A DNA stretch of 64,000 nucleotides from Enoplolaimus lenunculus (Eukaryota): NCBI GenBank assembly GCA_030248215.1, contig JASANG010000245.1, forward strand, positions 186,001-250,000, given 5' to 3'. Made by a program: the position numbers and the translations under genes. Positions within the stretch are counted from its first letter, which is position 1. Every line of letters starts with the position of its first letter. Below are positions 11,801-26,800 of the stretch, one piece after another. The notes under the pieces are model-generated. The model ran no database searches and was not told where the DNA came from. It saw only the letters and a list, made by a program, of their open reading frames with translations.

Positions 11801-14800
11801 CAATGATCTGAATTTCAAACTACAGCATGTGCTGGTTCCAAAGTTACAAGACCTATCGCTACACTGGTGATACGCTGTAAATTCCAGCGAGTTGATTTTA
11901 ACTCAGAATGAGTTGAATCCACTCAGTCTGACATAGGACTATCAGAATTCATAATTCTGAGTTGATTCTACTCATTGTGATTTAATTAATCAACTCCCCC
12001 GGAATCAACTCAACTCCAGACTGTGAGAATCAGCTCAACTCAGAGTGAGTTAAAGTTAACTGTTACTAACTCAGCAATAACTAACTTTACGTCTGAATTG
12101 ATTAGCAAACTCGAGTTTACACACTGTAAATTCCAATGAGTTGATTAATCAATTCAGCTAGCGAGTTGGTTATTTCTGAATTAAGATCAGTATACATTAA
12201 CTTACTCTGAGTTGATTTGATTTTCACTCTGAGTTGAGTTGACGCTGGGTGAGTTGATTAATTAACTCATAATGAATTGAATCAACTCAAATTTCTGAGT
12301 TCTGAAAGTCCTAACTCAGACTGAGTGATTCAACTCATTCTGAGAAATCAACTCACTGAAATTTACAGTGCAGTGTAGGTGAGGTGCTACACACATTTGA
12401 GAATACAGGCTCTTATTATAAAACTGCGAACAGTACTTGAACCAAAACGTAATCAATAGGGATTTGTAATTCTATTGTGAGCAAATAAGCGGCTTCATCT
12501 TTGTTCAACGTAAACCGATCGTTGACTGCAAACACTGGAACGGCAGATATGCCCGATTCGCTCTGAGTACTCTCTTGATAGCGTTCACGTTCTACTGCGA
12601 CCCGTTGTTGCAGTGCGTCAAGCTCTGATCTAAAAACAACTGGTTCATGGCAACCTCAAACGGTTCACGCAAGAAAATGTTACTGCTGGCCAAAGTGTTT
12701 ATTATGTCTACTTAGAAACCAACAATTGTAGGCGTACTTCATCATAATCTAACCAGTGCTCACAGACTATTAATACACAATGACTCTATATTAACGTTTT
12801 GCTGCTGAAAATTAGTAATCTATATAATTAAAACTGGAATTCCCCACATACGTATTTTGGGAAACTTTTTAGTATTTTATACGTTGTTTACAACAGTTTC
12901 ATAGAACGTAGACGTGATTGTTTTATAAATAAAAAATTTGAACACAGACATGCAGTCTTGAACAGTGTTTATATTAATACCGCAGTTCGATCAACTTTTC
13001 TTCAACAGCAGGATCTATTTGAGTGTCCGTTGATATCGTCGTGTTTTCCGACAATTCCGTTGTTCCAGCGCTGCTCACTGTTTTTGCAGCTGGTTCCGTT
13101 GTCAATCCGTATACCCAACCTAAATGCAAAAGCAAAAACTGACAACACAAACCAAAGTTAGCAAATGTACTACAATCGGCATGCAAATTTTCTTTTCACA
13201 GAACAATCACTTTTGTGTTCTAAAAGTTATTGTGAACAACGTAATCTTAGAAAGGTGCCCAAAATACGTATGTGCGGCATTTCAGCTTTAATTACATATA
13301 TGTTGTAGCCCAGGTCGTAATTTATCCCAATTCCAAATTGGGCTTGTAAAAAGTGGCATTACGCAGTGGCTTAGCCCAAGTCGTAATTACGCCAGGGACC
13401 AGCCCAATTCGGAAGTGAGCTAGCCCAAATCGGAATTGGGCTAAATTACGACTTGGACTACAACATATACGTTAACTTTACAGCTAACAATATACAAAAG
13501 AGTAAAACTGTGCCCTGTTTAATTAAAAAAAGATAAAATATAATCGCCGTAAAATCACTTATTAAGAGATAAAAATGTCTCGTTATCTTTCAAAGTCAGC
13601 TGACATTGACTTACCTGCATATGTGCAAACAACAATTTCGTCAAAATGGGGCGAATTGATACGTCCACATTGGATTGCAGTGATGGATTCGTGACAATGC
13701 TAAAACATAAACAATATTAATACAACATAAACGCATTGTTAAAACGTGCTACTAAAGCTAAACGTTTGAAAACGATATTGCTTGGGTTTCTAAAACCCTA
13801 TTTATACGTACAACTTAGTACTTCTGGATGTGCTAAGCAATTAATTATCCATTTGGTCGTTTTTAACAGCGCATTTAAGTAAGTAAATACTTAAGTCGCT
13901 GACTAAATTTGGTATATTAGGAATTAACAGTTCAGGAACAGTATTAAGCTTGACCTAATTGAAATTATAGACTCATGATGCCTTCTTAAAACAAAATTAT
14001 TACTTTCTTGTTTATGACAATGGCTCTCATTTTTGTTGTTTTGTTTTTGCTCGAAAATTTAAGTACTTATGCATCGTCCACAACAACGCGCGTACGCTGT
14101 GTGGATTTTTGAACCGACAATTGACGGTTGACGACTACTAGTTTCAAAAATGAGTCTGCGTTGACGGCTTCTATCAAAATTTTATTTTAAATTCACGGCT
14201 ACTGTTTAAAATTTTGCAAATCTTAAATTTATTTCAAGATTTGCACCAAAATTTAGAGGGCAGCCGTCAATGGGGTTTCTGATTTTGCTACCTGTTGACA
14301 CTTGCTATTACAAAACGTGCAAACCCATTAACGATTGCTGTATACCTTACAAGTACCCGTTGACGGCTGCTATTCAAGTTTAGCTTCCGCATTGACGGTT
14401 GCCGTTAGAAGATGAATCCCTGGTTGACGGTTGCCGTCTAAAGTTTTATTTTCAATTGACGGTTGCCGTCTAAACTAATTTTCAGTTTACTGTTGCAGTC
14501 TAAACTTTAATTTTTAATTGACGGTTTCTGTCTAAACTTTAATTTTCAATTGACGGCTGCCGTCTAAAATTTAGCTTTCAATTGACGGTTGCCGTCTAAA
14601 CTTTAATTTTCAATTGATGGTTTACTAGTGGTAGGTGTATATATTTTTAGGGCCAACGAGCCCGTAGCCAGAGGGTGGTACCGGAACCCAAATTCCGGTA
14701 GAACTCTGCGTATCGCCAACTAGGTATATCTGTTATAAAAACACAAAAACATAGTGGTCCAGTATGTATATTTTTAACAGTCGTTTAGTCTGGCTACTGC

Positions 14801-17800
14801 AGTAAAAAAGACGAAGGTTTTCACAAACTGCGCCTCAGGTGCAAACTTCACGCAACAGCATTAGCTACACAAGCAGACACAAACGTTATCTGTATATTGC
14901 GGCTATTCTAAACACTATAGATATTCGAGCAATTTTTCGTACGTTTATTGGGGCCTGTAGCCAAAGGGGACGGGGAAGGGGCTCAGCCACCCTGAAAAAT
15001 TTTTACCCCTTCTAGAAAATTTTCAACCTTGCTAGTAGGTCAATATGAACCTTGTATGCCACTCCAAAACAATTTTTAGCTCCGCTAGACGAGTGAGCTG
15101 GGTACGGGCCTGTTTTATAAATGTAAAAAGCTTCAAAGAATAAAATGCAGTGCAAGGCATGGGCGTTTGGGCATTGGTGGCGGTTTCTCTTATATTCAGC
15201 TATTGCCAGAAGGATTAGACGGACAATATATATTTCAATAGTGTAAACTTCTAAGACTGCACGACCTCTAATTGCCTACCCCCTCGCCATTTCAAACATT
15301 TCACAGACGAAAACACAGGTTTTAATTCTTTCAGAGTGTAATATATACAGCATTGAACAACGTTTTTCGGCATACGCACAGCATTCAAAAAGTTTCGTAG
15401 GAGAAAAAAATGTGACCAGTGTAGGATGCTGATTTAGCTGAGCTGGTTCACTGGTCTACGGGCCTGCGCAAAGCCTGTCTGCAATTGCAATTCAAGATAT
15501 TTTATGTCTAGCAGAGTCTATTTGGGAGAGAACCAGCCGCACTTTTATCACGGGGCACTGCCCCTAATGCCTCCCGTGTGGACGCCGTTGGTATTGGCAG
15601 ATGTAGGGAGCCCCAGCAATTGGTTTCCCAAATGTAAAATTTTGTGCGCACGACCATGATATACCGAGCGGGAATTTCACTCGGTTTAATAGATTAGGTT
15701 TAGTTGAAAACCCGCTCGAACAGTTAACAATTTTTGCGATATATTCTTAATTTTCGAAATGAAAAGCTAAACAAAAAATCACACAACGATGCTTGACATT
15801 TCAAAAACCTCTCCGGTATTGCATATAAAAAGACAAAGCACTGAACCATGGCCTATGTTTATTAAACTTTGAGGGACATTAAACGCTACTAGTAAACATT
15901 TATTCATAACCTCAGTGTTTAAAGCATAAGCTTTAAATTAAACGTATACATTGGCCATGGTTATGAAAAGGTACCAATTGTTTTCTAGAGCGCATGAACG
16001 TATTCAGTTGACAAAAAATTTTGCTCATTTTTACGTGTGTGTTAACTTCTGATACTTTCCAAACGAATATATCAAACATTCACTGAAAGCATATATTGTT
16101 TTCACCGAAATTTCGTTGAAAGCTGACAGTTTTACTAGGCGGACCAATTGTCCTGGAGTGGACGCAGTTGAATATATTTTTGATGCATCACATTTTATAA
16201 TCCATTTATGTGATTGTGCATTTCTGGGGGAAAATGATTTCATAAATGTCGCAATTTAACACCATTTAATTTTTATATGCTTGTGTTTGTTTTTTATGCT
16301 ATAAAAACTGCGGATGATAGCTTTTTCATTTAACTTTTATAGTTGTGCCCATGTATACAACAGGGCCGGAACATTTTCCTGTGGTGCTGTATTAAAATAG
16401 AGTCAGCGTAAGCGTTAGACTAGCCGTTTTGGCTTAGGCTTAGGCTTATTAGGTCTAGGCTTAGGAATACGCTTATACTACTGTTCCGGCCCTGCTCTAA
16501 AACGTGGGCCTATAGTTGTATATCACCAATATGTTTGGATCATACTCGAAAACCGTGAAAAATTAAACAACATCAGGAAACGATCTCAAACATGCTTCAT
16601 TATCGCAAACCCTTGTATGCTTCTCCTAAAAAATTTTCAGCCCCTCTAGCAGGTTGTACTAGCCACTGAAACTTGGGATTCGCCCTCCGCCTCATTTCCA
16701 TTTTCCATGGACGCTATAGAATATTACGATATGTACGGATATTTTATCGTGTCCGAACGTAGTGCTGTTTATGAATGTTGTCGCAACTTTTATGCTGAAC
16801 AAAACACAAATCTTTGCGTTTTGCATAAAATGCGAGAAAAAATATCCAGGAGTGATGTTGATTTTGTCATGTCCTCTTTTATAAACAGCTTGATTTTAAA
16901 AGTAAAAAGGTCTTCTTTTTCGCAAAAAATAAAACGCTGGTATGTCTTATATTTTACGTTAAATACGAAAAGTGTTTGTGTTTTCTATGCTCAAAAAGGC
17001 CGGATCGACAAAACAAATGTATCGCTTACAGACACTGAGAATGAAGCCACCGTATGGTATACGCCGTTTCCGATCAGTTTAAGCATTTAGACTAACATAT
17101 TTGCTTAGGCTCAGCCTTAGGCTTAGGAGTATGCTACTATAGTTCCGGCCCTGTTCTATACATGGCCTAAAACGAAAACGGACACGGATGCGCCCGTCTT
17201 ATCTGCAATATAGACCCAATTTTCAATTGACGATTGCCGTGTATTAAAAATTTTCAATTGACGGTTGCCGTCTAATAAAAATTTTCAATTGACGGTTGCC
17301 GTCAAAGTTTAATTTTCAGTTGACGGTTGCCGTCCGAATACAAATTTTCAATTGACGGTTGCCGTATACAACAATTTTCAATTGACGGGTGCCGTCCAAA
17401 ATAAAATTTTCCGTTGACGGTTGCTATCAAAAATTGTTGCTCCTGTTGACCGTTGCTGTAAGGATTTTGTAAACCGATTGACAGTTGCTGTTTGTTAACT
17501 CAGCACTCGTTGACGGTTGCCAACGAAAAATTGGTTTCTCCGTCAACACTTGCTATACGCAACCAGAGTACCCGTTGACGGCTTCTGTACAGAAATTTAT
17601 TTCGTTGACGTTTGCTAGTTCAAGAATAGTATAGCAACTGTTCATTGAAATTAAAAATTGGATAAAAATAATTTCAATTGACGACTGCTATCGACAAATG
17701 AAATTTTGTTGACGGCAACCGTCAATTGAAGTTCCAAAAATCCACACAGTGTACGCACGTTGTTGGGGACGGTGCATTAATACGTAAATCACCGACTTTA

Positions 17801-20800
17801 ATAATTCCTCAAGTATAACTTAAAGCAAATACTTAAGCAAAATTTTAGAAGCTTAGCCATTGTTACTGAACCACATAGTAACCCCATATATGTTGACCAA
17901 GGCCAAGCAATTATTACTTTACTCATATTTTTTAAAACCTTTTTCGTTTTTATTACGAAGAAACGGCACGGGTAAACTGGGATATTCAAGTCGATTGGTG
18001 CTAAAAACTGAGTCGATCTCAACAGTGGCGGATCCAGTATATCTCGATGGTACATCCACTACTTCCCGGTGGTAGATCCTTCGCTAATCCAGCTCCCACA
18101 AACCGACAAGAGACTCCGAAAAATAATAAGTTAAGCGAGAGTGGTAAACTGTTGACCAGAACGATAAAACTGAACCAAAATGTTAAGTTCAAACGAAGCG
18201 TTCAATATTGATGCTGAAAATATTAACATTTCCGACGTGAAATCGTGAAGGAAGAAAAACTCGCGAGCGAAACGAGCGAAAAGTCGCAAACAGTTTTAGC
18301 AAACTAACGATGTAAATATTGTCGTTTTGAGTACTTCCGGTCGAAAAAGCTGATTCCACGAGATCCGGTGTTGGTTCTTAGACACTTTATATCGTTCAAA
18401 CGGTAATCCTTCTGATTTTCAGTGGCTGAAAATTGCTTACGATCCACTCCGGTGATATGTTAGGAAGCAATGACTGGGTTCCTAAAATCTTGCTTAAGTA
18501 TTTACTTAAGCTGTGCTAAAGTAATTACTTAAGTCGCTGACTTAAGTAAATACTTAACTTTTCGAACAAAACAGGTAAACGCCAAATGTGAGCCGTTGTC
18601 ATTACAAAAAAGTAATAGTTTTGATTTATATTAAGGTGGCATCACGTGTCTGCAATTTCAGTTGGATCAAGGTTTGCATGCCTGAACGGTTAATCGTAAT
18701 TATCAGATTTAGTCAGCGGTTTAAGTATTTACTTAAGTACGATTTTAAAAACGACAAAATAGCTAAGTAATTACTTAGCACGTACTTAAGTAGCAAGTGA
18801 CACTTAAGTAGGGTTTCAGAAACCCAACCGTTATTTATCCAACCTACAGACCTTAAGTATTTACTTAACTTAAGTAAGCGTTTAAAAACGACAAAATAGC
18901 TAAGTAATTACTTAGCACGTAGTTAAGTACCAAATGATACTTAAGTAGGGTTTCAGAAACCCAACCATTATTTATCAAAAACTATTTTGTTTACTTACAA
19001 CAGTCTGCTTAAGCGCTGGTCTGTTTGATCCGCTTGCTTCACCATCGCCGGCACTGTATGAGTATATTTCAATGGCACCGTCATCTCGTGCAACAATGAT
19101 ATCAAAACCAGCCATCCGTGTAGTTTCTGCCAAAAGTTGGTAACAGTCAATCGCTGTTACTCCTGAAATTTAAGCAGCGTTTGTTAAACTGTTCGAATTT
19201 TGTTGACTTGAATGGCCACGGTCTAATCCGATGTTAAAAATGCCGGACCCCGAGCCAGCGGTCGCCAAATATCGCATGAACCGAAGCAAAGTGTGAAACA
19301 AAATCAGGTTACTGTAGTGACTCGAATAAGAAGAGACTTATTTTGTCGTTCGAGACGATACCTGTGGTTATTCGGTTATGGACTGTTGTTTATTTTTAAT
19401 TCAATCCGTGTTAGATACAACATCTAACTGTTTCATAATCGCTTTTAGGCTAAACTGACTGGCTTCGGAGCATTTTTGTGGATTGCCCTGTCCGGTAATC
19501 TGGTTTCTGGATTTAATAAAGTATATTCCAGTTGTCCAAGTGTCTGCATCATTATATGTCATTCTTCTGATTTGGTATCTCTTATGGACTCTAGTTAAAC
19601 TGGAGCCAGGTTTGAAACTCAATTAGGTTACGGTAGTGACCCGAATGAGAAAGGGAACTGATATATATTTTCCTCTCTAGAGCGAACCCCCTGTTATTAA
19701 GTTACGGACTGTTGTTTATTTTTCAGTGTGACCATGTTAGACATCACACCTTTGTGTTTTATATTCTTTCTTTTGGACAGAACTAACTGGATCAGAAGCA
19801 TTTTTGTGGATTGCCTGTCCATTAATCTTATTTCTGGATTTGATAAATTTTATTCAATTTATTCATGTTTCTGTGACACATTTGAGTAGTCTTGGCCACT
19901 CTTCTGCTTTGGTTTCCCCTAAGGACTGTAATAAAAGCTTATGGAATTCATCTACCAACGGACTATAATTAGCGACACAAACTGCTATTGATTGAGCACT
20001 CAAAATGAAGACCCCTCGTACTCCTTGCAAAATTTGGTAATAAATTTGTTCTTAACATATACGCAACTTAAACTTCGCTCATTGAATTTGTACAGATATC
20101 ACTGCATCCAGCGCATCAAAACCTTAACAGAATGTTATGTTGTGACAGCTGGCATCACATTTCTGAGGGAATGTGTGAGTTTTCGGGCTGCACGAAATTT
20201 TTGGAATTACATCTGGGCAAATTAACCCCGTCCAAGCTGATGTCGGCGGACACGTTTTGGATTCGAAAGCCTCTGAATTGAAAAAAGCATCTCTTGAAGT
20301 GTCGGTGTCCTAGAGAGTCGTTACATGTGTATGCACAGATCGGAAACCGGCGCAACTGCTGCACTACACAGACATTGCAGATCGGCTCTGGAAGGGCGGT
20401 GAGCGATCCCGCCGCTCGAAATGTCTAAAAATAGTTCTAAATTATCGATATTAAATCGATTCAACAAGTGAAAAAGTTTTTAGGTCTGAAATAGCAGTTA
20501 TGAATCGTGGACATTTTGTGAAATGTTGTTGTGATCTGAATTTCGCTTAATTCAACTAGATCTCGAGACAAACCTAGTAATAGGTTATAATTTGCTTTTA
20601 ACTGAAAAGAAATGGTGTAAAACTGCAAAATGTTACTCAAATTTTAGTGTTTTTGGTCTGTAGAATTCTATAATAAATTTCGAGAACGATCTAAATTTAT
20701 AAGACTTTGCTACCTTGTTGAATAATGAAATTCGTGTTACTTGGCTTTGTACGCGGTTTTGACTCCGTGTTACTACATGTGGAAGAGTTGAGTAGATATT

Positions 20801-23800
20801 TATATATTGTAGACTGTGTTGCTTTTAAATATTGATTTCAGAGTTTTGAATTGTGAGGGTGGAAATCTGGAAAAGACCGGGGAACCGGTAGCCGGAGATA
20901 TTTTTGCGAGTTTTGTTCTATAGTTGATGTATGTGACGAATTCGGGAAACAGTGCTGAACAAGATTTTGTCGTGTCAGTTTCGGGAGTTCATTTTGTTGA
21001 TCTAGTTCTTTGTCAATTTATGTTATCAGTTACCTCGGCGCTGAGAAAGATTTGGACTTCGAGATATGCAAAAGTTTAACCAAGCGTATAACTCTGTGCA
21101 GTAGGGCTCGAGTTGGTCGTGGTCAACCAGGATTGACTGGGGCGGCTGGTCAAAGGGGCAGAATTGCCATTTTGGATAGGTTTATTAACATGGCAAAATT
21201 CGCATGTTCAGCCGTTGCAGCAGCCAGTACATGCAATTCCTGAAGTCGCGGTACGACTCTATTCAGGCAGTCAACATTTACATTTAATGATATAATCGTG
21301 AAAACCCCAGTTGCAATGGAATTCGGTGAGCTGCAAATGACAAACAACTACGATGTTTCCTGAATATAGCAAAAGACAGCTTGTAGTATTTTTGAAAATC
21401 GCCGACAACGGCTCCGAAATTTGTTAAAATTGCAATTTACGATTAGTAAAATTCGATCTTTTGGATGCTGTACTTGGATTTTTAAAAATTTAAAACTTTG
21501 AAATTTAAGCACGTGCTACTTGCTGTTTTAAAATTATAGCGTAAAGTCGTCGTCAATTGCTGATGCATTTTTCCATACGGCGGTGTACACGAGATATTGT
21601 GGAGCACGCATTATGTTTTGGATTTTGTAGTTTTGCACTCATAAATTTAGCAGGCACAGTCGGTTGTGCTACCTGTAACTCACTCTTTCTTCTCTTGCAT
21701 TGCTTAGGCATAAGCGAATCACTTGCATGGTTAGAGCTAATCTTTGGCACCCACATACTACTCTTAACACAGTAAGTCATGTCAATCTATAATGGCCTAG
21801 GCTGTAACTTTCGCTTCCTTTACTTCTTGCCCTAATTTCTTTCTCCTTTATATATCCTGCTTGTGTCGACCCGTGTTTTTATGGCTTCCCTTAGTGCATA
21901 GTCTAGTCACCAGCGGGCGTGCCGCTTAGGTTACATAATTTGCCTGCTTTGTTGAATATGGACGAGCTAACGCTGGAACGGATCGGCGCTAATTACATAC
22001 TCGTTTTCTTTTAACTGGTTAAGTGAAATCGCAGTTATTGGAGCTCAGAAACTATTTTAGCGTTACGATAGGATCCTGATAAAATTTGTTGATCCATAAT
22101 TTATGCGCGGATTAGTTGTTTGATCCCGGGACCTAGATTTGAGTGCGCTCACTAGATTTCGAGCACTATACATAGAGTTGTCACAATTTAAGTTGCTCGC
22201 ACTTGCCAAGATTTGTCCCTTGTCACTTGGTAAAGTGACATGGGTATATCTAGTCAAATCCCAAAGAATGATTTTACGGATTCTTAACATCGGACCATGT
22301 TTGCAGGTTCAGAGGTTGGCTGCTTGCGACAACGTTTAGGCTTAGGGTAGTTGACTGGATTTTGTCGCATCAGCAAAACGCTTTCGGCTTGATAGAAGCT
22401 GTCGGTTTCTGGTCGTACACATGTCTCAATGTGGCGTAGGCCGGAAAAGATTGCACAAATGAAGAATTTTTTTCGTAATTCCCCGTGTTGGTAACTTTCG
22501 GACGTGCCTACCACAAACACGGGTTATCCTAATGGGAACTGGCCAGACAATTTTTAAATCATAAGTCAAAAGTTGCAGAGGGTAGGCGGATCAAAAAAAT
22601 TCAGACTTATAGAAACATATAAATTTTACAAAATTAAAACAAATTTCACTACCAAGTTTACCGGAAACTCCATCAGAAATTTTCTTCATATTTTCTCAGA
22701 ACAGAAACGTGATTGTTTTGTGAAAAGAAAACTTGCACGCAAATTTTTGTGCGTTCGCTAACTTTTGCGCATTGTGCAAAGCTGGCTGACTAGTTATTGT
22801 TATTACCTGCATTGCCCGTTATTGAACATATTTCCCATTTTATCAAAGCGTTGTTCCTAAAACAGAATAAACTGAATGCAATTTTCATTTCTTCTGTTAA
22901 CTTCAATATTTGCATTTTCGTGTATTGTTTCAGTGCAAGTTTTAGGTAAACTGTGAAATGGAATGCAAATACTCTTTAAATCAGTATCGGATTTTGGACA
23001 CATCCCTTAAAGTTTTCAAGATTTTGAGACTTTGGCATTAGTTGTAGGCTTAAACATATACATGCTTTGTGTTATGACGCCGGTAGCCAGCTCATCGTGC
23101 TAGAGGGGGCTAAAATTTTTTTAGCAGTGGCATACAAGGGTTTTTAGTGACTTGCAAGCAAGGTTGAAAATTTTCTAGGGGTGGGGGTAAAATTTTTCAC
23201 GGGGGGATGAGCCTCCCTGCTCCCCCCTTGTCTACGGGCCCGTGTCTTATGCTTGTGTCCACATGCGGATCCAAGCGTGCCACCACGGCGTGGTCCGTTA
23301 ACAGGGATTTAAACCAAGGTTTACTATTGAGGTTGAGCATGAAAATAACGTCTGACTTGTCGCTAGCGGCATCTTCCACTATAATATTTCGCCCTTCATT
23401 CATACAGATGTCTCGATCCGCTGCTGGTTTCACCGGGACGTGAACAGGCGTTTTATCTGCACTTAGAATGTGTGGCAAACAGCGTCAATGTTTTTCGATA
23501 AAAACATATAAAGTTTCATAACCATTTTATATTAAAATATACTTCAGCAATTCGACCAAACCAATCTTCCCATCTCTGGTACCATAAAGGACCTCAGTTC
23601 CTTCAGAACCTGAAACAAAAAATGATAACCTTTGGTTTTTTTCGCTTACTTACACCAAAATATTAAGATCGTATACGTTTTTGGCGTTACCTGATGTTTC
23701 TTTTAGAACGTATTTTGTTAATTAGGGCATTACTAGTTGTAGAGAATGGATACAAAATTTATCTTTCACTGTAAATTCCAATGAGTTAATTAATCAAATC

Positions 23801-26800
23801 AGACAGGAAATTTAATTATTGCTGAGTTAATAACAATAGTACTTTTAAACTCACTCTGAGTTGAATTTATTCCGGGAGAGTTGACTAATTTAGTCAGAAT
23901 GAGCTGACTCAACTCAGAATGATAAGTTGTGATGTCGTATTAACTCAGATTGAGCGATTCAACTCATTTTGATTTAAAATCAACTCACTGGAATTTACAG
24001 TGTCGCAAGAATAAAATGAAATTATTGGAAACAAACGAACGCAGGTATTCAAAATTAACAAAACTTAAAATATTGACACTTACCGCCATCATTGTTGAGT
24101 AAATGCAGAACGGTGGGCGGACCTCCGACTTCGATTTGATAACACAACTCGGAGCCATTAATCACTTTGATCGTTCGATCTTCGCATGCGATCACAGGCG
24201 TCAAGCCACGACCCACCCAACTGCCTAAAAATAAAATCACAAATAGTTTGAACAGTCATATATTAATGTTAATTGTAAGTAAAATATGTAATTGTGTATA
24301 TTAACACTTGTTTCAAGCACACGCTAAGATACTTAACTATCAGCTGCAGATACTGAAAATTACAAAACTAAAACAGGCTCTTCTTAGAATTTTGAGAAAA
24401 TCAAAAGTAACCGACCTTCAGTCACCAAAACGCATATGACGTCATTTATACGATCACCACATAAAAGTGACGTATATTAATTAACACGTGTTTCAAGCGC
24501 ACGCTAACATACAAAACTAGCGCCTGGGATACTAAAAATTGCAAAACTAAAACAAGCTCTTTTTTAGAAATTTGGAAAAATCAAAACTAAACGTACCTTC
24601 AGTCACCAAAACGCATATGACGTCATTTATACGATCACCACATAAAAATGACGTATATTAACACGTGTTTCAAGCGCACGCTAAAATACAAAACTAGCGC
24701 CTGCAGATGCTAAAAATTCCAAAACTAAACCAGGTTCTTTTTTCAGAAATTTGGGAAAATCAAAACTAAACGTACCTTCAGTCACCAAAAGACATATGAC
24801 GTCATTTATACGATCACCACATAAAAATGACGCGGTTTCTTTGCAATCGTGGTAATGATTAAAAGCATACGTTCCACAAAGGAGCATATCAACGCCATAA
24901 ATGTACCTTAAATTAAAAAATTGGCTAAAACATTTATCGACTTTTAGCCAAGCACTAACGGGTCAGTAGCATCAGACGGGCCATCATATTATAACATATG
25001 TCCAATACCTCATATTCGTTCAAGAATTTTTGTTCGTCGCATCAGCAGCATGTTTACCAGTCTACGAAGGGCCTGAAAGGGCGTCTATCAAATAAAAAAC
25101 AACAGTTTGTGAATTATGCGATAATTAAAGTATTTCTACAATACGACTATATTTTGGTCTTTTTTAATCGCTATTTGGCTTGGTTTAAACTGCTATTTGC
25201 TTCGAATTGCAGACTGGACTAGTCCAATTGGTAATTTGCCCAAATAGCAGATTGGCCTAATATTTATTTAAAATGATAAAATATTTAAAAAAAATTAAAT
25301 AAAATTTTTTTTGAACCAGATTGGCCTAATTCAATTGGTATCTGGTCCAAATAGCAGAGTGGCCTACGACATATATATGTACACAAATTTTGTTCAATAT
25401 CATAATAGTGACTTGTGAGAGTTGCTCGATATTTTAGTGCATTTTTTTGAAAAATTTGGCGTCGTCCAAGGGACATTATATTATTCTTTTAATTTTTATA
25501 ATTAGGTTAGCTGAACAATTTATACGACCAGCCGACAAGCACAGCACACCATATTGATATAAAATTGAAACGTAAATATTGCAATTTCAAGCTAATGACA
25601 ACGGATAAAACTTACAACGAAGTAATATTTTCGGTAAAATTGGTTTCAAAACTAAAAAACTGTTTGCCTCGTTTCGTAAATCCTCGTACAACATTTTCAT
25701 GAGCAACAAATACTTTGTCTTGTACTGTTCCAAGCGCACCGCCAAGAACAATTCGTTCAATACTGGAACCAGGAAGTGTTTTAAACACAACCTAAAAATG
25801 TATTTCATACAGAAATACTTAAAAAGTTGGTTTAGTTTCGCAGATTTTTTAACCTGTAATTATTTCAGTCAGTTTATCATTTTTTAGCGATTCTGAATAT
25901 AAAATTTTTGTTTTTAACGATTTTGAATATAAAATTTTAGTTTTTGCCGATTCTGAATATAAAATTTTAGTTTTTACCGATTTTGAATATCAAATTTTAG
26001 TTTTCACCAATTTTGAATATAAAATTTTAGTTTTTGCCGATTCTGAATATAAAATTTTAGTTTTTACCGATTTTGAATAGAAAATTTTAGTTTTTACCAA
26101 TTTTGAATATCAAATTTTATTTTTTACCGATTTTGAACATAAAATTTTAGTTTTTGCCGATTCTGTATATAAAATTTTAGTTTTTAACGATTTTGAATAT
26201 AAAATTTTAGTTTTTACCAATTTTGAATATAAAATTTTAGTTTTTGCCGATTCTGAATATAAAATTTTAGTTTTTAACGATTTTGAATATCAAATTTTAG
26301 TTTTTACCAATTTTGAATATCAAATTTTAGTTTTTACCGATTTTGAATATAAAATTTTAGTTTTTGCCGATTTTGAATATCAAATTTTAGTTTTTACCAA
26401 TTTTGAATATCAAATTTTATTTTTTACCGATTTTGAACATAGAATTTTAGTTTTTACCGATTTTGAATATCAAATTTTAGTTTTTACCAATTTTGAATAT
26501 CAAATTTTATTTTTTACCGATTTTGAACATAAAATTTTAGTTTTTGCCGATTCTGAATATAAAATTTTAGTTTTTAACGATTTTGAATATAAAATTTTAG
26601 TTTTTGCCGATTCTGAATATAAAATTTTAGTTTTTAACGATTTTGAATATAAAATTTTAGTTTTTGCCGATTCTGAATATAAAATTTTAGTTTTTGCCGA
26701 TTCTGAATATAAAATTTTAGTTTTTAACGATTTTGAATGTAAAATTTTAGTTTTTACCAATTTTGAATATCAAATTTTAGTTTTTACCGAATTTGAATAT

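Noticed and set aside
14120..17730. Regularly spaced TTGACGGTTGCCGTC repeats resembling a CRISPR array
   Set aside because: The intervening sequences are short and similar to each other, the context is a eukaryotic intron with no cas genes, and the arrays are enclosed by TIRs with a TTA TSD.
26500..26760. Repetitive [13 protein letters not shown]
   Set aside because: Translation of the 30-bp satellite.
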